Assembly: GCF_000143415.4 (NCBI RefSeq)
Contig: NW_003314333.1
Span: 248,001 to 312,000, forward strand
Direction of reading: 5' to 3'
Length of the DNA: 64,000 nucleotides
Source: Selaginella moellendorffii
Lineage: Eukaryota > Plantae > Lycopodiophyta
Positions 58,900-64,000 of this stretch are shown here, in pieces (position 1 is the first letter of the stretch; the number at the start of each line of letters is the position of its first letter). The position numbers and the translations under genes were made by a program. The notes beneath the pieces are model-generated. The model was not told where the DNA came from. It saw nothing but the letters and a program-made list of their open reading frames with translations, and did not search any database.

Positions 58900-61180
58900 C
58901 AAGATCTATAATAATGTTGTATGGAAAGCCAAAAGCTCTACCAAATCTTGATCAGAATAGAATTTCTCCAACTTTGAAAGAAAACCATAAAGGTGCAAGA
59001 AAATAATACAAATATGATAATAAAATTCATTGGCTTTAGTTAAGTTCCTTTGCCAAGGCTCTTGCCTATAGTACTAGCTCCTACTTAGTTTTACTTGGTT
59101 TCAACAACTCACTACACGAACAATGGAGAGTTAGCTATTCATCCATGGATTGCCAAATCTCTCCCAATCCCCCTCCTTGGGTTAGATTGAACTTAAGGTT
59201 CGGTTATACTCCCCACAGGCACAAGCGACTAAACACACCAAGCTTCCAAGTTCTTAACATCCCTTGGTACAACAAAACTTAATCATAGTACCCTTTAAAT
59301 CCCAAGCTTTGGATGCAACACTTGTTTCAAGACACCAGGGGAAACACTGTGGCCTAACAGTCCGGTATGAGTACCTCTACTCCCCCACACCCATCCCGAA
59401 AGGAAGGCCCAAGCCCTTAGGAAGGGTGAGGACTAATGAGCCATAAAATACTTAAGTGGGGCACCACACCATATAAGCTGAGAGCACCACAGTTGGTTTC
59501 CCTTCCGGGAGTGGGAGCTACTCTTGAGCACTTCTTGGGGTGGCCCCTTCGGCACCACCCAAGTCCATGTTCACTCCCACCCAAGGCCCCTTGGCCCTAA
59601 TTTCAACCTCAAATCAATTTGGAAGCACCACTAGAAAGTTTCTTCAAGATTATTTTTTAGACCTCACTACCCCTACAACCCCCCCCTCCCCCAAGGGAGA
59701 CACACACTTTGGGCTTTCAGCCTTCGACCTGTATTAGTACTTGGACTCGGACTCGGACTCGGTCCCGGACTCGATCTCGGACCCAACCTCAGACTCGGTC
59801 TTAGATTCGATCTTGTATTCGACTTCAGACCTGATCTCAGACCCGACCTCAGACTCGACTTCGGACTTAGTCTCGAACCCGATCTCGAATCTTGGACTCT
59901 ATCTCGAACTCAGTCTTGAACTTGATCTTAGAGTCGGCCTCAGACTCGATCTCGGACTCTGTCTCAAACTCAGTCTTAGAATCGGTCTTAGACTCGATCT
60001 CAGACTTGGTCCTATTTGATGAACTCTTTATCATTTCGATCATGCTTTCGGGGATCCTTTAGCCTATGACACCTCGGGAGTTGGTTCCTTACAGCAAGGT
60101 TATCAAGGTTAGGGAGTAATTCTCACATGTTCAAAGGGATAGCTTTAAACAAAAGCTGATATTTAAAGATTTACAACTTATGTATAAAATTATATGCTGA
60201 CTAATTGATTTGCTAAGGGGGATTGGCAAGTTGGAAGAATGAAATTTCTAGCAGAAGTATTGACTTCAAAAAAGAAGCTTGGAGGAGCCCTTGCACAATC
60301 ATCAATTAATCACTTAACTTATGAAGTGAGAGGATTGGAAACTTAGATGAGCTAGAATCTGTAGTGTGTGTATATAAAAAAAAGCTAATTAATATAGATA
60401 TAAATTTAGTGCATAATGTGGGGAGTTATGCCTAGCATTCTAGGTGATAGTGTTCATAAATGCATATATGGAGGTTGAGTCTAACCCTTTAGTGCTTGTT
60501 TTAATGCAATGTATATATATATTTCTCAAGGTCCTTTAGGGACTATTACAAAAAAAAACACTCACTACTAGCCTATTTTTTGCGGTGATTTCCGCCCTTC
60601 AAGAGGGATTGTTGTGTCTATAGAATATCCCAAATCTATCATATGGCTTGCATGAGAAAGTTCCTCCATTGTAAATATTTTTCAAAAAAGAGTAAAACCT
60701 TTCTATCGTGGCCAAGCTGAGGTAGCTAGTGGGATCATTATTGCTCTAGCTTTAGCTTTGAAATTTATTAGAGAGATTTTGAAAGGATATATCTATTGAC
60801 ACAGTTTGTGTTACAATTTTTTATCTTACTCAAAATCTCTCCCAACATTGCAAAGCACTTGTTATAGCTAGGAAGACTTGTCCATGGCTGATTGATGTTA
60901 GTGGACTTGATAAGAGTTTTTCCACCTTACATTAAGAGTGTTTTGAAATTTTCGAGAGACTAGTGTGATTATAAAAGCCATGAAGCATTACTTACTTGGA
61001 TACCTTGTGTGGCTCATCAAAACTTTGTTCTAGCCATATGACTTGGTGGTGAAGGCAATAGGAGTAACCCCAAGGGTGGCCTCAAAGCTATATTAACTTT
61101 ATATTTAATCATTAAACACCCAAAAGCATGTTTATGTTATTAATAGTTTATACCCTCTCTCTAAAACCAAACCATCCAAT
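58900..61180. mobile_element. AT-rich, CpG-poor probable transposon/LTR debris (class undetermined)
   Basis: Sharp compositional shift, no genes, CpG depletion, LTR-like tracts around 59100-59700. No recognisable RT, integrase or transposase. Confidence 0.4.
59742..60010. repeat. Degenerate hexamer satellite (TCGGAC/TCAGAC/TCGATC)n
   Basis: About 45 six-bp units, purest at the left end, with many C>T/G>A variants. Confidence 0.85.
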
Positions 61181-61186
61181 TGTGAA

Positions 61187-61259
61187 TGGACATGCCTCAA
61201 TTTAACTGGGGGTCAGCTGTAGCAAGAAGGTGACCCCCAGTTAAATTGAGGCATGTCCA
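61187..61259. repeat. Perfect 29-bp inverted repeat with 15-nt loop
   Basis: tggacatgcctcaatttaactgggggtca (61187-61215) and tgacccccagttaaattgaggcatgtcca (61231-61259). Confidence 0.95.
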
Positions 61260-61740
61260 CATGGAAGGGGTGATGTGGCAATGGAAGGAAAGAAACAGCT
61301 TCTTGTAGAATAACCATGCTGGGTGAGCTAACCCTATAACATGTGTTCATCTCTTCTCTCAAAGAAACAAGTGGGGTGGTTTGGTTGCAATCCATGGCAT
61401 TCAGATCCAAGGTTGGTGACAAACAAACAAGGGATCTCGTGATCTTAATTCCACTTGTGGTAGCAAATCGCAAATTATAAGGGTCAATTGAACATTCTTC
61501 CAAGGACCATAGACTAGATGGAGTGTGACCAGGTGTGTAGGAACCATGACACCAGAAAGAAATCAAACATCGTTCGATTCCTTTCAGGCGGGGCGTACGG
61601 ATGCCCCTAAAATCTTTGACCGTGAAACTTGTTTGTTGATGACAACAAAGAACCCTAACCAAAACTTCGCTTGACGGATGCGAAATTCTCAATCGCTACT
61701 CATAGATGATCAACGCCACCCTCTCTCTCTCTCTCTCTCT

Positions 61741-61805
61741 GTGTGGCATCGATCCCCTTACCTATCGCTTGCGAAGCGATTGCTCTACATCTGAGCTACA
61801 TCCCC
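61741..61805 (-). pseudogene. tRNA-Ala(CGC)-derived pseudogene or tRNA-like element, 3' acceptor strand replaced by (GA)n
   Basis: GGGGATGTAGCTCAGATGTAGAGCA ATCGC TT CGC AA GCGAT AGGTAAGGGGATCGATGCCACAC: tRNA-Ala 5' end, D arm and intact anticodon arm; T arm damaged. Confidence 0.75.
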
Positions 61806-61841
61806 TTCCTCGCCCCAGTCGAAATGGTGGTGGTGCTCAGA

Positions 61842-63728
61842 TCAAGATATTGTGGAAAAATTGGTCGCCAAGAGAAGATAGTGGCTGGCGTCATTGGAGC
61901 TGAGCTTGGCAGCTCGGCCCCCGCGCTCCAAATCACTGTGGATCCTGCACGAGTTGAGGAAGGAGGCCCACACCACCTCGTCCGGAACAAAAGGCATGGC
62001 TTTTAAAAGCTCTTCCGCATCGCCCATCCGGCCAGCGCGGCCCAGAATGTCCACCACGCAGCAGTAGTGCTCCCTCGCAGGCACCAGGCCGTGGTCTTGG
62101 CTCATGGACTGGAATTGGAGCCGAGCTTCTGCCAGGAGCCCGAGGTGGCTACACGAGTTCAAGATGCTCACGAACGCCGCCTCATCGGGACGGATGCCTT
62201 CCATGGCCATGAGCCGGAAGAGCTCAAGAGCTTCTTCTCCCAGGCCCCGCGCCGTGTAGGCCGCGAGCATCACGTCCCAGGTTATGGTGTTGTTGCTCCC
62301 GGGAGTTTGCTCAAAGATCTCGCGAGCTTCTTCCATAAATCCACTGGATGCGTAGATGGTCACCGTGGCGTTCCAGGAAACCGTGTCTCTCATTGGCATG
62401 GTGTGGAAAACTTTGAGAGCTGCGGCGAGATCGCCATTGTTCGCATATCCAATGAGCAGGGTGTTCCACGAGACTACATCACGCCGGGGGATGAGATCGA
62501 AGATGGTTTTGGCCTCGAGCATGTAATGCCCGTGCTGGGCATAGAGGTGGACCATGGTGTTCCAGGCAACCATGTCCTTCTCGGGTATTTCGTCGAAGAG
62601 GATCTTGGCTTGCTCGATATCGCCCCGATGAGCGTAAGCCACCACCATGGTTGTCCACGAAACCACGCTTGATTCACCAATCCCATTATCATCAAACACT
62701 TGCTTAGCCTCCCCCATCTCTCCCATTTTCGCCTCGAACTCCATCACCACCGTGACACTCGACATTGTTTTGAGGGGCATCTTTTCAAACGTCATCCTCA
62801 ATTCGGTGCCATGCCCGGCCGCTCCATAGCCTTGGAGCAACGCGTTCCATGAGACATGGTTTCTCTCCGGCATAGCATCGAAGGTTTTTTTCGCCATTGC
62901 CAAGTTGTTGCTCCCGGCATATGCCACCAGCATTGCTGTCCATGAAACTACACTTCGCATTGGCATCTTGCGGAAAATATCTCTCGCTTTGGCCATATAT
63001 CCACTCTTTGCGTATCTAGGAACCATGAGAGTCCAAGATATGACATCCTTCTCGGGCATTCCAAGGAAAAAATTCTCCGCATCACAAACTTCGGAGCCTT
63101 GAATGATTGCGTTCCACACAATGAGACTCACCAAAGGCATTTTCTCTACGAGCAGCTTAGCGGCGTTGATACGTCCTTTCTGGGCATTTGCGGTCACCAT
63201 TGCGTTCCATGACACCTCGTTGCGCTCCGGCATTGCATCAAACACCAACTTTGCCTCTCCGATCTCGCCATTCTGTGCATAAACAGTAATAAGCATTGTC
63301 CAAGTCACAAAGTCCGTCTGAGGAGTCCTCTCCAACACCATCTTTGCCTCCTCAAGGTAACCATTCGCGGCATATGCTTGACACATTGCATTCCACGCAA
63401 CCAAGTTTCTGTCGGGCATGTCAAAAAACACCTTCCTGGCGTCCGCCACGAAACCCTTGAGCGCATAAGCCCCTAGCATTGTCGTCCAAGCAACAGTATC
63501 TCTCCGTGGCATGCGATCGAAAAACCCTCTCGTTTTTTCTTGATAGCCATTCTGGGCATATACTTGCATCATGTTGTTCCAAGAGAAGATATTGTGCTCT
63601 GGTAGTGCTCGAAACACCTCCAGGGCACACGCAAGGCGGCCACATCTTCCGTACACACGGATCAACTGGCTGAAAAGCTTCTTGTCGTGTCTATACTCAG
63701 AGCTCGAGAGAAGTAGAGCCTTTAGCAT
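61842..63728 (-). CDS. PLS-class PPR protein ending in E domain (no DYW)
   Basis: Intronless ORF, first ATG at 63728; HYCCVVDILGRAGRMGDAEELLKAMPFVPDEVVWASFLNSCRIH...HYLLLA. Confidence 0.95.
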   Translation of the reverse strand: MLKALLLSSSEYRHDKKLFSQLIRVYGRCGRLACALEVFRALPEHNIFSWNNMMQVYAQNGYQEKTRGFFDRMPRRDTVAWTTMLGAYALKGFVADARKVFFDMPDRNLVAWNAMCQAYAANGYLEEAKMVLERTPQTDFVTWTMLITVYAQNGEIGEAKLVFDAMPERNEVSWNAMVTANAQKGRINAAKLLVEKMPLVSLIVWNAIIQGSEVCDAENFFLGMPEKDVISWTLMVPRYAKSGYMAKARDIFRKMPMRSVVSWTAMLVAYAGSNNLAMAKKTFDAMPERNHVSWNALLQGYGAAGHGTELRMTFEKMPLKTMSSVTVVMEFEAKMGEMGEAKQVFDDNGIGESSVVSWTTMVVAYAHRGDIEQAKILFDEIPEKDMVAWNTMVHLYAQHGHYMLEAKTIFDLIPRRDVVSWNTLLIGYANNGDLAAALKVFHTMPMRDTVSWNATVTIYASSGFMEEAREIFEQTPGSNNTITWDVMLAAYTARGLGEEALELFRLMAMEGIRPDEAAFVSILNSCSHLGLLAEARLQFQSMSQDHGLVPAREHYCCVVDILGRAGRMGDAEELLKAMPFVPDEVVWASFLNSCRIHSDLERGGRAAKLSSNDASHYLLLATNFSTIS

Positions 63729-64000
63729 GAAATTGTTCCATAATTTAAATAGGCTTTTGGATGACCTATATTTCAAGCTGAAGCACTACGCCGATTTCTA
63801 GCCTGATTACTCCCTGCTCCCTCCTGCTCACGAAGCTCAAGCTCCAGTCCCTTGAAACATAGAAGAGTTTGCTCCATGGGAGAGCATCCAAAACGGGATA
63901 GCTGTCTAGGAACGGCAATCATTCAAGTTTGTGATTGTTTCCTTGGAATGCCCGAGAAGGATGTCATGATCTGTACTCTTATGGTTCCTTCATATATGGA

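Noticed and set aside
59741-60019. Ser-Asp repeat protein ORF
   Set aside because: Translation of a hexamer satellite; non-ATG start, no other support.
59100-60092. Defined solo LTR
   Set aside because: TG...CA-like ends are present, but no consistent pair with a target-site duplication, PBS or PPT could be established.
60564-60966. CACTA element (cactactag ... tagtg)
   Set aside because: Only a few terminal bases match; no extended TIR, subterminal repeats or target-site duplication found.
61213-61692. 159-aa ORF as a gene
   Set aside because: Non-ATG start, no motifs, runs into the hairpin and repeat debris.

Overview
Eukaryotic nuclear DNA from a very compact land-plant genome: many introns of about 50-60 nt, intergenic gaps often under 150 bp, dense intronless PLS-type PPR genes with short-repeat arrays, and a gene resembling flagellar proteins. 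This points to a lycophyte such as Selaginella (inference, not a database result). About 25 protein-coding genes are visible: Z-ISO (partial), an MCAfunc/MLKL-like-U-box-ARM protein, a Cys-rich plastid protein, 7 intact PLS-E PPRs without DYW, PPD6, CPR, a large axonemal-dynein-light-chain-domain/EF-hand protein, a histidine phosphatase, an FCP1/SCP-like phosphatase, a Gnk2/DUF26 protein, HMGS, PI4K-gamma, a DUF2834-like protein, an archaeal-type STAND ATPase, chloroplast APX, a MoCo-sulfurase-like protein, eIF3b and an F-box protein. A repeat-rich block at about 56-61.7 kb holds a large inverted repeat, a perfect 29-bp hairpin and a tRNA-Ala-derived element. The most striking unexplained structure recurs four times: a cargo segment sits between two direct copies of roughly 0.6-1.5 kb of the flanking genes, and the copies have decayed reciprocally. 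Two of these cargoes are P-loop NTPase genes, one with a Crinkler/RHS-like SAM-NTPase-REase-like-PHD architecture. Exon boundaries and family assignments were made by eye from remembered family motifs.
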